Assembly: GCA_964016885.1 (NCBI GenBank)
Contig: OZ024745.1
Coordinates: 47,368,001-47,432,000, forward strand
Reading direction: 5' to 3'
DNA length: 64,000 nt
Origin: Eledone cirrhosa
Lineage: Eukaryota
The position numbers were made by a program, and so were the translations under genes. The notes under the pieces were generated by a model, which ran no database searches, was not told the DNA's origin, and saw nothing but the letters and a program-made list of their open reading frames with translations. Within the stretch, counting starts at the first letter, position 1; each line of letters opens with the position of its first letter. Positions 27,350 through 41,309 of the stretch are shown piece by piece.

Positions 27350-28285
27350 TAGCCTAAGTGAGAACTTGATGGAATAAGTTCAGGGAGCTACTACTGCTGC
27401 TAGTTACAAAAGGTTTTTCCCTCAAACTGAAGGGAAGATTGTATGATGCGTGTATACGAACAGCAATGTTGCATGATAATGAGACCTGAGCACTGTGTGC
27501 AGAGGACCTGCGACGTTTGGAAAGAAATTAAGCTGGCATGCTTAGATGGATGTGTAATAGTAATATACATGAACAGCAAAGCATAAATGAATTGAAAGAG
27601 AAACTGAGCATATGAGGCATCAGATGTAGTGTGCAGAAGAGGAGATTGCATTGGTATGGACTTGTGTTGCATATGCCAGATGACAGCTGTATAAAAAATA
27701 ATAAAGTTGATAGAAGTTATGGAGTAGGAAAACCTAGGAAGACATGAGATGAGGTGATAAAAGCTGACTTTGCACAATTACATCTCTCAAAGGTGATGAG
27801 ACAGGATCATGATCTCTGGCCTTATGTAGTAATACAGAATACCTGTATTCCCATGTGCACAGGGTGAAGGATACATCTAGTACCTACTACTTTCCCTCAC
27901 CTCCTTTTTCCATACACCTCCAATATCCTAACACCCCTCCCTTGATCCACCCCTCACCTGATAAGTGCTCCACTCTAGATCTACCTCTCCAATCCTCATG
28001 CACCTCCCCCACCCCAGTCCACACTCTAAAGTGGTCGTGTAGGTGTCATGACAAAAAGCACTCTGTTAGCACTGGAAAGTGGTTGTTTTGGTGCCATATT
28101 AAAAAGCAGCCAGGCCACACTGTAAATGTGGTTGGCATTAGGAAGGGCATCCAGCCATAGAAACCAGGCCAAAATCAGTTCAGTGTAAGTAAGACACAGT
28201 CATCTAGTCCAGCTGAGCTCACATCTGGACAACTCATCTAAACCATGCTAGTGTGGAAAAATTGATGTTAAATAGTGATGATGAT
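27350..28285 (+). mobile_element. Degraded RTE LINE 3' fragment with 3' UTR
   Basis: Remnants of WNKFRELL, LYDACIRTAMLH, RRLHWYG; 3'-UTR repeat and (GAT)n tail. Confidence 0.85.
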
Positions 28286-30256
28286 AATATATATATATAG
28301 AGATAGAAAGTATGTTTGGGAAGTGGCAAGTGAATAGAAATAGAAGCTTCACTGTAATACCTTTTACTATAATGTAGTCCAATAATGGGGCGTATAAACC
28401 CACTGAATGGAAGAAGATGGGTATCAGCATGAGTGTGCTGGTGCTGAACCCATCTTTCTATCTCTATTTCAATATATATATATATATGTGTGTGTGTGGG
28501 TGTCTGTCTGTGTATGTATATGTAATGATCTAATTTTAGAAACGTTGAGTGGATATGCAATTATTGAAAATTAACCTAGAGTTAAAAGCTTCAACGCAAG
28601 TAATTTTTTTACTATGAGAAATCATCATCAATCTAACAAATTGGGTATAAAAGCTGTTGGACAGAAAAATGTTGACAGCATCACCCATGGGACTCGAACT
28701 CACTTCTACCTTATGCTGGACAGTTGCGCTAACCAATTGCATTGAAACAAGGCTGGCAAAATATCCATTATTTTGAATTCTTATTAATTAGCCAGAATGT
28801 AAACTATGATCTACTTTTAGAAATGTTGAATGGATGTGTATTTATTGTAAATTAACCTATCTTATTTGATGATGAAAAGTAATCTAACAATTGGGCAAAA
28901 AAGCTGTTGACTTTTTTCAATCGAGGTGCATAAATTTCTTTGACTATTTTTCATAGTAAAAATAAAACTATCTCTTTAAATTACCATTTGATTGGTTGTG
29001 GATGATCACAGGATTAGGTATAAAGTTTTGAGCCAAAAAATTGGTGATCAAAATTCTATTCCAAACTAGATGATCATCCACAATCAATCAAATTGTACTT
29101 TAAACAGATAGCAATCTGAGCCACTTTTTTGCACAGAACGGACAGAAGTTTCTCAACCTGTCAAATGCATGACACATCATGGCATAGCCACACACATCTT
29201 CATTTCACTTAACTTTTGAAAATTGTGAAACTCTGAAACTGGTAATATTATTGTAAATAAATCTTAGTAAAGTGCTGGGTCGATTCTTCCTCTATATTTC
29301 TTTCTCACTTCTATTCCCTCAACCTCTATCCATCTCTGGAAGAAATCTGCTGTATTCAGACCTGGAGAAGAGTTGGGCTCCTCCAGGTTTAAAAATGCAC
29401 AAGAAATGCTGTGTCAATACCACAATATGAGAAGTTATGGGAACAAAAATTAAATAAATAAATAAATTCCTAAGAATATTTTATTATAAATAATGTTCTA
29501 TTGCCTGTGTTGATATCCTTGTATTTCTGTTGATACTGCTGTTATTATTTCTTTCTTCATTTCACTTTTGGTTTTGTATTATTATCAGATATAATGGTGG
29601 TGGATTGGCAGGATCATTAGAGTAGCAGTCAAAATGCATTGCACCATTTAGTTTTGGCTGTTTACTTTCTGAATTCAAATCCTGCTGAGGTCATCATCCA
29701 CACATACCACATAACCATACTAGCACATTTTCTCTTTTGCACACTACACTAAATACATTTGGAGCATTCTTATTTCATTATTAAGACTATTTGGGACATA
29801 ACTTAACAAAAGGTTCATATATAGAATGGAACCAGGGGTGGTTTGGGGCAGGTTAGTATTGAAAGGTTTGACTGTGTACTACTATAGTTCTGAATCTAAT
29901 TCTTTCAAACTTGGCTCCAGCATAGATTACCAAACCATTAGACTACTTCTTTCTCTTGATTTTGTTCAATCAATATTTTAATGTAAAAATTAGTCATATT
30001 ATTAACCTGTGCTTTTTCCTCACAGCTGATATTAATGTGTAATTTCTATACTTTCTATCTTCTAATGTTTTATTCATCTCCAGTATTACTATTAGCAGAG
30101 CTTTATTTCGTTGTTCTTCAAGTTCACTCTATTTATTATTCCCAGTGTGATTTCTGGTATTACATAGTGTTTTTCCTTGTTTTCTGTGTGTAAAAAAAAT
30201 TTTTAAATTCGTTTTTATTAATTTTATTATATCATTTAACATTGTTTCACAACCAT

Positions 30257-30430
30257 CGGTAGAGGGTCTGACGCTATGCTTTGCAGCAAAGAGTTACGCC
30301 CCTTTATGGTTTGAGTTCAAATCCCGCCGAGGTTAACTTTGCCTTTCATCCTTACGGGGTCGATAAAATAAAGTACCAGTAATGTACTGGGTAATTGCTG
30401 GCCTTGTGCCAAAAGTAGAAACAATTATTA
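30257..30430 (+). mobile_element. Young tRNA-derived SINE
   Basis: B box gagttcaaatcc plus conserved core plus cttgtgccaaaagtagaaacaattatt tail. Confidence 0.88.
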
Positions 30431-31154
30431 CTGTTTTATTAATTCTTAGTTTTAGTTTTGTAGTGTATTTTCTTTTAGTTCTGTGAAGTCAGAATTCATT
30501 TCAAACACAATTCAAATATGGATGTAAATCTCTTTAAGAAACATTAATTGTATATATCAAGCACTTACATCAGGGAAGAATCAGTTTTAGCCATACAAAA
30601 CACACAGTAATTATATTCTTTTTTCATTTATTTCATTGTGGCAAAATTTTCATCACAGACTGTCTGACCAGGTCACTTTCACAATTCCACTGCAACTCAA
30701 ACGAAAATGCCATTGTTGAGTTCAACAAAAATGTTGATTCTATGAAATAAATGAAAAGTGTGTATGAGAGATTTTGTGTGTTTTTTTTTTTATTTTTTTT
30801 TTTTAATGGCTAAAATGTCTCCTCAGAAATTTCTTCAGTTTTAATATATGGCCTCAAATCCTGTCACATGTCAAACAAATACAACTCTGAATATATCTTG
30901 TTTCTTAATTAATTCATCTCTGTCTTTAATAGGTTTCTATTGTTTCCTGTTTTCTATTTTTAACATTGACTCATATTTAATCTTGAATTATTTTTAACTT
31001 TGACAGTTAAAGAACATGTTAAGTCTTGATTATCTTTTAGTTTGTTAAGGGGATTTTGAACTGTGAATTTCTTAAAAGAAACAATGTGGTAAGCTTAGTG
31101 TACAGTACTAAATATGCATCTTTCAATGGTTTATTGTCAGGCAAGTTCTACAAA

Positions 31155-31460
31155 GGCAGTGAATTGGCAGAATCATTAGGGTGTCAGATTAAATACCTTG
31201 GTATTTGTTCTGCCTCACTGCACTCTGTTTAAATCCTGCTTAGATCAACTCTTTGCCTTCAAACCTTTCAAGGTAGATAAATTACCTGTCCAATACTGAG
31301 GCATGTTTTTCCTCTTTCTCTTATTCTCTCTTCCATTATATGGAAGAAATTAGCTGTGTTATGACCTGGAGAGGAATGGGCTCTGCCAGGTTTAAATGCC
31401 CAAGACATGCTGTGTGTTAGGATGGTGCCCCGATGACTGCATCAGAAGTTAAGGGCTTCT
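31155..31460 (+). mobile_element. tRNA-derived SINE, alternative-tail subfamily
   Basis: Same head, core and tail as 9878-10140. Confidence 0.7.
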
Positions 31461-32023
31461 TTTCTTTCTTTCACAAAACTATACTTAAAAGGTTCACGTT
31501 ATTCCACTTTTTTAACTGTACCTTAATGGTTGAAAATTTAAAAGATCGAATGTAGAGTTAGTAATTTAATTTCAAATTCCTATTAAAAAGATATAGTCAC
31601 TGAAATTTTATAAAAAGTATAATGATACTAAATATCAGATTGGATATGCTAATTCATCATCTTTGATAGGATTTGAAATGAAGATCTGTTTGCTGAAGAT
31701 CGGTTTCACTTGAAGATCTGTTTGTTTGGACATTGGATAGAAAGCCTTGTGGTATTAATTCAGGCTGTCTGCATACTGTGCCCAAATTCTGTGGAGGTCA
31801 ACTTTGCCTTTCAACTTTTCAGGGTTGGTAAATAAAATACTAGTCCAGTACTTTTGTCAATTCTTCTCTCTTACTTGTTAATATTCACTCTTCTTCACAT
31901 TCTTTCCCTTGCTCTCTTTCTCTTTCAATCTGTCTCAAGAAGGATGATGGTCTCCACCATGTTTAAATGTCCCAAACATGTTATATACCACCACAGGATG
32001 ACTATGATGCCAGTCAGAATTAA

Positions 32024-32227
32024 CCCTTCAGCATTTTAACCGGCCGCATCCAACCAGATTTCTCTCACCTCATTCTGTTCAAACTGGCCGTAACTGGCTG
32101 CTCATATTGACATTAAGGTATTGTTCTCAAAATAAATAACATCAGAATATCTTAGATTCGATATTATGTGAGATAATTTACTGCAAAAATACAATAGTTT
32201 ATACAGAGTAATGTAAATGCTAAAGAG
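32024..32227. mobile_element. piggyBac-like MITE family A, copy 2
   Basis: TTAA-cccttcagcattt ... aaatgctaaagag-tta. Confidence 0.75.
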
Positions 32228-32774
32228 TTATGGGTTCAAGGAGAAACAAATAAGACTTGCTGGTGTTGTGTACACATCACTGTGATTTAGCACAACTTTG
32301 CTAGCTGGGAAAACAAACAATAAATGATGATGAGAATGATGATAATTATAATTGTAGAATTAATCTTGAAACTTGAAAAAATCAACTCTAAAAATAGTGT
32401 AAATGATTTTGTCAAAAAGTATACTTATATTTGTACATTTCTTTTTAAGATATGAAAACTTCTATTCAGGAATGCGCAAACTGAATAACGTTATTTGAAA
32501 ATAATATTTTTCAGATATGCTATCAATTATAAGAATTAACTCCTGCTATTTAGTTATCATATAAGATATGTGATCATGAGGTCAACAATCAAACTACCTT
32601 ACATCCAATACACTCTAAAGGGTGACTGGCATTAGGAAGGGTTTCCAGCCATAGAAACCATGACAAACTTATGCCAGAGTGGAAGGAAAATGTAAAAATG
32701 ATAATGGTATTTATATGCTGTTGTTTGGAGTAGTTTACTTGTTTGCTCTCAGTATTATTTTGTTTAATGAGCAC

Positions 32775-33090
32775 AGTAGATTGGCAGTATCAGTAGATAC
32801 TTTGCAGTATTTAGTTACAGTTTTCTATGTTCTGAGTTCAAATCCAACTGAAGCCAACTTTGTCTTTCAACCTTCCAGGGTCAGTAAAATAAAGTACTGG
32901 TTATGTACTGAGGTCATTGCAGTCGACTTTCCCCTTCCACCAAATTTACTGACTTTATACCTAAACTAGAAAGAGAGTTCATATCCCTTTGAGGTTGATA
33001 AAATAAAGTACCAATCAAATACTGAGGTTGATATAATTGAATTTCTCCTCCTCGCAAATTGTTGATCTTGTGCCTAAATTAGAAACCAAT
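32775..33090 (+). mobile_element. Tandem SINE: full copy plus a second 3' half
   Basis: B box gagttcaaatcc, core, tail; core and tail repeated at 32980-33087. Confidence 0.7.
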
Positions 33091-33466
33091 ATTGTTTTGT
33101 TTAATTTTTCATTTGGATCCTGAAAATATTCTGGTATTTGTCCTTTTAAACAAGTGCAATATTAAATGTATGGATGAATATGATTGTAGCTGTCTAACTG
33201 CTAGTTTTTCATGAAATCGACAACTTTCAAGGTGATGTACATATAGATTTATAATGGAGGGGGATAACAGAACAGTTGAAGTTGATTACTAAACTAGTTA
33301 TTATTTTGAAATTAGAGAAGTTACTTTTGCAATTACTAAATAACCACACTCTGCCTACAAAGATATTGTAGAAAAAGTTGTGTTGATATATATATATATA
33401 AACACACACACACACATATGCATGTGTATGTTCACCTATCTCTTCCCCCTCTCTCTCATTCTCTTT

Positions 33467-33523
<57 letters not shown>

Positions 33524-33869
33524 GAAGTGCACTAGCAGTGTATGATAAAGTTATATCTATATAAATACAGTGTATAACCAAGACTTCACCAACATGTATG
33601 TGTGTATATATATATATATATATCATCATCATTTTACATCTGCTTTTCTCTGCTTGCAATATATGGTCTGGCTTATCTCACAATGGAACAACTCGTCTAA
33701 CCCATGCTAGCATCGAAAAATGGACATTAAACAGTGGCTTGGTTGAACCAATGTGAGAAACAAATCTAAATAAGAATAAAACTCTTTAACTACTGGCATA
33801 TAATGTCATGTTGGTGACACAAAATAAAGTACTCAGTCTAACCTTTACCCTTTAAGGTGGTTGTGTTGG

Positions 33870-34295
33870 TGATATGAGAAAAAATACCCATTTCACACTG
33901 TTAGATGATTGGCATTAAGAAGAGCATCCAACTGTAGAAAGCAAGCCCAAACACAGATCTATATGAGCAAGACGTGGTCACCTGACATAAAGCATCTAAC
34001 CTGTGCAAGCATGGAAAAATAGACATTAAATGATGATGATGATATATGATGCAGGTACCACAAAAAAAACATCTAGTCCACTTTGTAAGTTGGTAGTGCC
34101 AGAGTCACAATAAAATGCTCCAAGTACATGCTGTAAAGTGGTTGTCATTAGGAAGAGCCTCCAGCCATAAAAAGTCCAATGCCAAAAACAAGTAAAACAT
34201 GGTCCCCTGACCAGTCTAGCCTCTGTACATGACAACCTCTATAATCCATGCAAGCATGGAAAATAGATGCTAAACAGTGATGATAAGGATGATGG
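33870..34295 (+). mobile_element. Two tandem RTE 3'-UTR-type repeats
   Basis: ggcattaagaagagcatcca...gatgatgatgat, occurring twice. Confidence 0.7.
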
Positions 34296-35637
34296 CATCT
34301 GAAGTTGATTAAAGAAAATGTCAGTAAAATCAAAGTGTATATAGAAGCACTAGAAATGAAGTTAATAGTCTTCTTTCTCTATACCATTTTAGTTATAATA
34401 ACACATCTAAGTAATAGAGATATCTAACTGAAATGCATATTTATATCATCCTCTTAACCACATTTATTATAAAGAAATGAAATGGAACATCTGCTGAATT
34501 TCCTGTTATTCCTGGAATTATTTCATTTGGTTTTTCTAATGAGTTCATTTTAACACACTAATACTTTACTTTGGTACACCTTTACAGAAGGCCTAGTGAT
34601 TAAGGTGGTGGACTTATGATCATACTGTCATAGGTTGCGATGGACTGGTCAAAAGGAAGTCTTATATTCTCAGTCACTTAACACCAATGGAAAATGAAAC
34701 TAGGGATAGGCACCTACCTATCAATATTTTTTTTAAACATCTACACATACAAAAATACAATTTAACATACATTTTATTGCTTTGGAAAATCTGTCACTAT
34801 GCAATTTGAAAATACATGAGTGAAAACTAAAGTACCATTCATCACCAACACCACACTCCATTTTCTTTTTTTTTTGGAAAATAAGTCCAAAGCTCAATAT
34901 GAAATATAAAATAAAAGTGTAAACCTTCGTTTTGTCTTTCTTACCTTAATATACTCTAGTTTTCACTCGTCTATTTTCCATTATGCCAGATTTCCCCAAA
35001 ATTCATAAACACACCTTTCACAATGCTTTATTTAAACTATAATACTTTTATTGATTTAAAATATATTATTTGAAATCATATCAAAATATTTTATTCTACT
35101 ACAATCTCATTTGGTAAGACTTATAAAATGACTTAAATCATGATAGTTGTTTTGACAATATTTATTACATCATTGTGTGTGAGTAGCATATATTGAATTT
35201 AAAATAATAAATATCTATACAAGGCACAGTGTATATTGGAAAATCATAAGTAAATTTAATGTTGGTATAACTACAGTTTTTTAATTATAAGCCTCACTGC
35301 AAATGCCTGAAGAAATGTAAATACATTTTTGTTTTTCTTTCTACACAATACATTTGCCATTCCATGGATAGAAGGGTAAATATACATGTTTCTGATGAAC
35401 TACTAACTAGCTGTGAAACATGCAAAGGCAATCCTTATATTTGCTTGTGTATGAATAGAATAAACAAAGTGTATTTACATTTGTTCAGTGACGGTTATAA
35501 TTATAGAACTGTAGATATACTTACATTAAATTTATCTTAGATTATTTGAAATATTTTATTGAGTTTATTTTTAAAAGATGACTTTGTCAAATATCTTATA
35601 TGTATGTATATACAGCTCTATCTATCCTTATATATAT

Positions 35638-36050
35638 CGGGAGAGAGTGGCAATAGGAAGTCAGATTTGCAGCTTGTTTTGAAACTTTATTGCATATTAC
35701 AACTGTTTCGATATCGATCAGCTCGGGTTTGATCAGGTGATCGGATCCCGACTCTTAATCAACACCTCCTGAGATATGCGAGTTTACATGGGTCGTCCCA
35801 TCCAAACTGTTGACAGATATTCTGTGTTCGTTTTATATACATGTTATTGGGTTTAGGTATATATAAATGAAAATGATGAAGTTTCATTTACATGTAGTCA
35901 GTGTTTTATTGTGTATCAATTTGTTACACATGTTTCACAGAGGATTGGCTCAAGGTCACCCATAGAAGTTTTGGACCCACGTAACAGGCTGATACACAAT
36001 AAAATACTAGCTACATGTAAACAAAACTTCAACGTTTTCCTTAATATATA
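35638..36050 (-). mobile_element. Fold-back Penelope-like terminal remnant carrying the hammerhead
   Basis: Imperfect arms about 35859-35918 / 35991-36050; TA on both flanks. Confidence 0.65.
35692..35779 (-). ncRNA. Type I hammerhead ribozyme motif with extended stem II; core variant CUCAGGA
   Basis: Minus strand: GCATAT CTCAGGA [GGTGTTGATTA...TGATCGATATC] GAAAC AGTT GTA ATATGC, then AATAAA. 6-bp stem I, GUA cleavage triplet, G5-to-C change in the core. Confidence 0.75.
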
Positions 36051-36120
36051 CACACTACCTGTGTATTAAGTGCTTACTTTGGTACCAACACCAGTACTTT
36101 ACTGAATCACATACACTATG

Positions 36121-36150
<30 letters not shown>

Positions 36151-36153
<3 letters not shown>

Positions 36154-36618
36154 GGCGATGAATTTGTTTTGCGAGGTTTTTGATATGAAATCGTGTGTCA
36201 AAACAAATATTGTTATACTTGGGGAGGGTCATATTGTTATAATAATATTGCCAGAAATAATAACAGAACACACTCACTGTTTGGTTGGTTTTCGCTTCTG
36301 TATCTTTTATAACAGTTAATTCATTCGGTCCTCAAAGTTTACCATTGACTGACCAACGGTCAAAAATACAACAGGAGGAACATAATAGCACCACTGACGA
36401 TGTTGCAAATGTGCAATGAAAGAACTTTATTAGACTATATATATGTGTTTATATCTATATTATATCTGTATTTTTGACCGTTGGTCAGTCAATGGTAAAC
36501 ATTGAGGACCGAATGAATTAACTGATATAAAAGATACAGTAGTGAAAACCAACCAAACAGTGTGTTCTGTTATTAATTCTGACAATATTATTACAACAAT
36601 ATGACCCTGCCCAAGTAT

Positions 36619-36626
<8 letters not shown>
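36151..36626. repeat. Fold-back element; about 160-bp arms 36207-36370 / 36467-36626 plus a 56-bp unpaired tail
   Basis: Arms begin atattgttatacttggg; same family as 55370-55577 and 17922-17990; bounded by pure (TA)n. Confidence 0.88.
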
Positions 36627-36669
<43 letters not shown>

Positions 36670-36724
36670 TACTAAAATCTGGCTGCTTGATTTTTACTTT
36701 AAAAAATATTTATTATTAGGCATT

Positions 36725-36945
36725 CTTAGGGTTGTGAAATGCCAGAATTGGTAGAGCGTGAGACAAAATGCATTATAGTATTTACATTACACCCCTTTAT
36801 TTTCTGAGTTCAAATATCATCAAAGTTTACTTTGCCTTTCATCCTTTATGGTTGATAAAGTACCAGTGAAGTACAGGAAATTGACTATGCCCTTCCCCAT
36901 TACCATCAGTCTCCAAGTATCTACCCTTGTGACCATGCTAGAAAT
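36725..36945 (+). mobile_element. Diverged tRNA-derived SINE
   Basis: gagttcaaat B box plus tttgcctttcatcctt...gataaagtaccag core. Confidence 0.7.
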
Positions 36946-37401
36946 CTTTGTGTTCTTAAATAAATAACTCCCTCATATCACAAGGGAGCCACTACGTTGT
37001 CATTTAACCTGCTAGAAATAGCAGCCAAATCTCCCTAAGCTTGACCATACCATCATGTCAGCTCAATCAGAGCCAGTCTGGGATTATACAACATATATAT
37101 CTTACACATATATTTTTATTTTTGTCTTATTTATAATTTTTTTCTATTGGTTTGTTTCTACTTCATTTAGCATGTTTGTGTATGCATATATATATATTTA
37201 TATATATACGTATTTGTATTTTTTCATTTTTGTTTATTTCATTCATTTATTTAATTATTTTGTTTTATGTTGCTCTTATTTTTATTTTTATCTTTATTTT
37301 TGTGAATTTATTCTTTTAGCAGCACAAATATCCAACGCTTATTTTTTTACTTTTAACAAATAACCGTGTATGAATTTGCATTTTGCTCATTATTAACCTT
37401 A

Positions 37402-37434
<33 letters not shown>

Positions 37435-37630
37435 GTATATATATATATGTTTGTATGTATTTATATGTATGTATATCTTTTAAATATATATCTGTGAAGC
37501 TCTTTGTTGTAGATTTAACAAGTATTCATTTGATGCATTGCTTTTTACAGATCAGAACTGCCTTGTTGTTTTGAATGTATATTTTTTGAATATATATATA
37601 TGTATATATATATATAATATGTATGTATAT

Positions 37631-39168
37631 ATGATGAGATCAATAGGATTGGGTATAACACTCATTTGTTACCAAGTGCATTAAAGCTCAATGTGTTAAT
37701 GGCATGGAAAATACAGAATATAATAATTCAATTCAAGTGAATAACCAAAGATTTTATTGTTTAAATCATTTTATTTATTTCTACGATCATTTTGATTTAT
37801 CAAAACACAATTGGAAATATCAATAACAATTTGTAGATTAATTAATTAATTACTTAATTAAATCAACAAACATGGCAATTACATTTCAGAATTCTCCTCG
37901 GGATATATACATTTAGATTTAGGGAATAAAAGTTTTGATTACGAGATAGGCATGCAATAATATGCAAATTTACAGAAAGCATAGAAAGTTTTAAAAGCAA
38001 ATGTGAGAGGTACATAAGTAACAAAGAGTATTCATGTTTAGCATTATAGAATGTGATTTAAGCAACAAAGAAGTATAATATGTAGAGGATATAAGTAGAA
38101 GATTTGATCAATAGTGTTAAGAACATTAAATTAAAAAAAACATTTCCTTTACAGAAACTCGTTCTTAAATGATCTCAACACTATTATATGCAATTTCAGA
38201 AAACAAAAAAAATACACTGGTTCTGGTAGAAAAAAACTAAAAATATTTATCGTGTTGGTTTCCATTCTTACAAATCATTTATCTATAAAGAATTAAACAA
38301 AAACTATATAAAAAAAAATAGACAAAAACGTTAGTGACATAAACAATGAAATGAGAAAGATTGTAAATTATCTAGATCTTTAAACATATACAGAACCTTT
38401 CACTCCTTTGGTGTGTTAGTATTCTGTAAGTAAAGTATACATGTATTTGAATACATGAACAGTAATTACAGCATATGGACTTATATCCTTTAGATATACA
38501 GTTGTCTCCCAGTATTTGTGGGGATTCCATTTCTAGAGCACCCGCGAAGAGTGAAAAACCTCCAATATTGGACGTGTTCCATAAAAATGTCTATAAACGT
38601 CAAAATATAATAAAAAAAGAGGGAGCATCTTATGCGAAAGGGCGTCCAATAGGCGTCCAATAGGCTGGCAAATACTGTATATTATTTTTAATAATTTAGC
38701 GTTAAAAAAGCCATTAAAAAAATCACAAGATATTTACGATTCCACGAATATGCAGTGGTTTCCACGAACAATTATTAGTTAGGTTCTAAGGAACATTCCG
38801 TGGATGCTGAGGGTACACTGTACTTCTTTGTTGCTTAAATCACATTCTATAATGCTAAACATTAATACTCTTTGCTACTTCTCACATTTGCTTTTAAAAC
38901 TTTCTATGCTTTCTGTAAATTTGCTTATTATTGCATGCCTATCTGGTAATTAAAACTTTTATTCCCTAAATCTAAATATATATTTCCTGAGGAGATTTCT
39001 GAAATGTAATTGCCATGTTTGTTTAATTAATTGTTTAATTAACTAATTAAATTATCTACAAATTGTTATTGATATTTCCAATTGCAGTTTGATAAATCAA
39101 AATGATCATAGAAAGGAATAAAATGATTTGAACGATAAAATCTTTCGTTATTTACCTAGATTGAAGTG
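37631..39168. repeat. Large fold-back element; about 350-bp arms about 37720-38095 / 38479-39168, right arm interrupted by a MITE
   Basis: e.g. gcattatagaatgtgatttaagcaacaaagaagta versus tacttctttgttgcttaaatcacattctataatgc; TA-rich microsatellite on both flanks; about 90-bp unpaired tail on the left. Confidence 0.9.
38499..38820. mobile_element. Tigger/pogo-like MITE with TA target duplication
   Basis: TA-CAGTTGTCTCCCAGTATTTGTGG ... CCGTGGATGCTGAGGGTACACTG-TA. Confidence 0.75.
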
Positions 39169-40362
39169 TATATATATATGTATGTATATACATATGTGTA
39201 TATGCACATATATATGTAATTATATATATAATTGTATTTGTTTACATTGTTTGTTTTTTTAAGTTTCATAAAATTAGCCACATAGGTGAGAACTCTAGGT
39301 ACAAAAGACAATTAACAGATATATCCTTACATTTCTTTTGACCTTTTAAATATTGAGTACATGCCGAAAGTTATTACTTGGGCATAGGAGGGCAGTGGAT
39401 TGGCAGTATCAGTAGAGTGCCAGACAAAATGCCTTGTGGGATTTAGTCCTGCCAAGTTCAATATTACCATTCATCTTTCTGGGGTTGATAGATTAAAACA
39501 TCAGTCAATTACTGGGATCGATATAACCAACTTCACCCCTCTCCCAAGTTGCTTTTAGAAAAATATATTAGGGTGTAGGTACTCGTAGTGCAAGTGAAGG
39601 CTTGGTAAATTATTACAAAATTCCGTAGTCTATACAGTCTTTAGGCTGCCTACACCGTCATATTGCATAAAGCAGGCAGGTTAAAGCTCCTGCTATTTCT
39701 TGAATTTCTTCTAAACAAAAATGACGGTATATGTTCCTATCACTTGCTGAACAGGATAGAGAAGAGGTGAGGGAATGTGGGCAATTTAGTATGGATTGAT
39801 GAAACATTCTGTTTTGTTACTTGTAAGTACATCATGTACACTAAATATGCATGTATACTTATATAGCATACCTAAATCCTATGTATTTATTACTAATTAT
39901 TAAAATACATAATGAGCAGTTTTAACATCTGTCTTTAGCCTATTACCAGCTTGTCATGGGTCTAATGATGAGTTTACTATGGCAGCCATGGTAAAGATAT
40001 TTTACTGCTTGGCCTGTCTTGTTAAACTGTTTCTTTTTTCATTCATTTTTCCCTCCACACGTACTGACAATGCACCTTGACCACTCCAGTTATTTTACCT
40101 GTTTCAGCCCACAGACTGTGATAATGCCTAGTTCTATAACCAATATGTTTTGCCCTTAGAAAAACATTGTTTTTTGTTTTGGAAAATAATTAACACTTTC
40201 CAAGTGATTTAGGAAGGGAATTTTAGCTTTACTTGAGCAGATATATAATAAAGAGGTAATGAAACAAAAGCTTTTAGAAATCATCAACAAATACAGTATG
40301 CCAGATATAATTTTGTTTGTGACCATAATGCAAAGCGTTCCTCAATATTGGCTTTGGTTTAA

Positions 40363-40599
40363 CTCTTTTATTACCAAACCAGCTGAAACTGCCCCTGGTT
40401 CTGATACAAAATTGTTTATTTTAAAGTGTTTATCTAAAAACATTCCATCATAATCTTTGTAAGGACCTTTATTATGTTCAAAATACCAGATAAAAATGAG
40501 AAAGTTATATTACTAAATCCCTTCAAATTACTGAGTATTTTAAAAATTATTTGAAGATCATAAGCAATGTCTTTAGTAAGAAATAGGGTAACAAATTGG
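40363..40599. mobile_element. piggyBac-like MITE family B (related copies about 52610-52839 and 53500-53700)
   Basis: TTAA-ctcttttattacc ... ggtaacaaattgg-TTAA. Confidence 0.55.
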
Positions 40600-41309
40600 T
40601 TAAGTTTCTCTCAGGTCAAGACTCCAACACAGTTTCAATTTCTAGTTGATGTCATTCACTTCTTTTACTCTGCTAATTCTGCTGGAGTAATTATGAATAT
40701 CATAATTTTCAGTTCCTCTCTTCTGAAAATATGTGGCTTCAGAGCATTAATCCTTATAAGAGAGGAAGTGTTGAGAAGTACTTTGTCAATATAATATCTA
40801 TACTAACAACATGTGGCATTAATAAAAAGCAGGAAATAAATTTGTGTAGAACTTAATAATAAAATCATTGGGAGAATCATCTATTCCTGGCATTTTATTT
40901 CTTCCCCCTCATCATCATTTTAGGGCCATTTTCCATGCTGGCATGGGTTGGGTGTGTTATCACAGTCTGAAACTAGATAAGTCAGAGGATTATGTTCCAT
41001 CTTGGGATGGTATTTAAAATATATTACTTTAAAATGTCAGCTCTAACATGATATATATATATAAATATATATGGTAGGTGGGTGACAGGCTGAGATGCAG
41101 AATTGAAATTTTTAAGGTATGCTATTTAATATAGATATTCGCATAGTTTAGTTAGATTTTATATATTTTGCATCATTTATTATTATCATCATTGTAAAGA
41201 AATTATTATTGTAATGTCTTCTGTGTTACCTTAAAGTTACTGCGCTGTTGTTGTTATTATTGTTATTATCAATTTGTTTTGTTGTTTGATTATTTCCTTC
41301 AAAATACAG

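Noticed and set aside
38985-39012. Hammerhead-like CTGAGGA...GAAA in the large fold-back arm
   Set aside because: Stem II is too short and there is no credible stem I or III.
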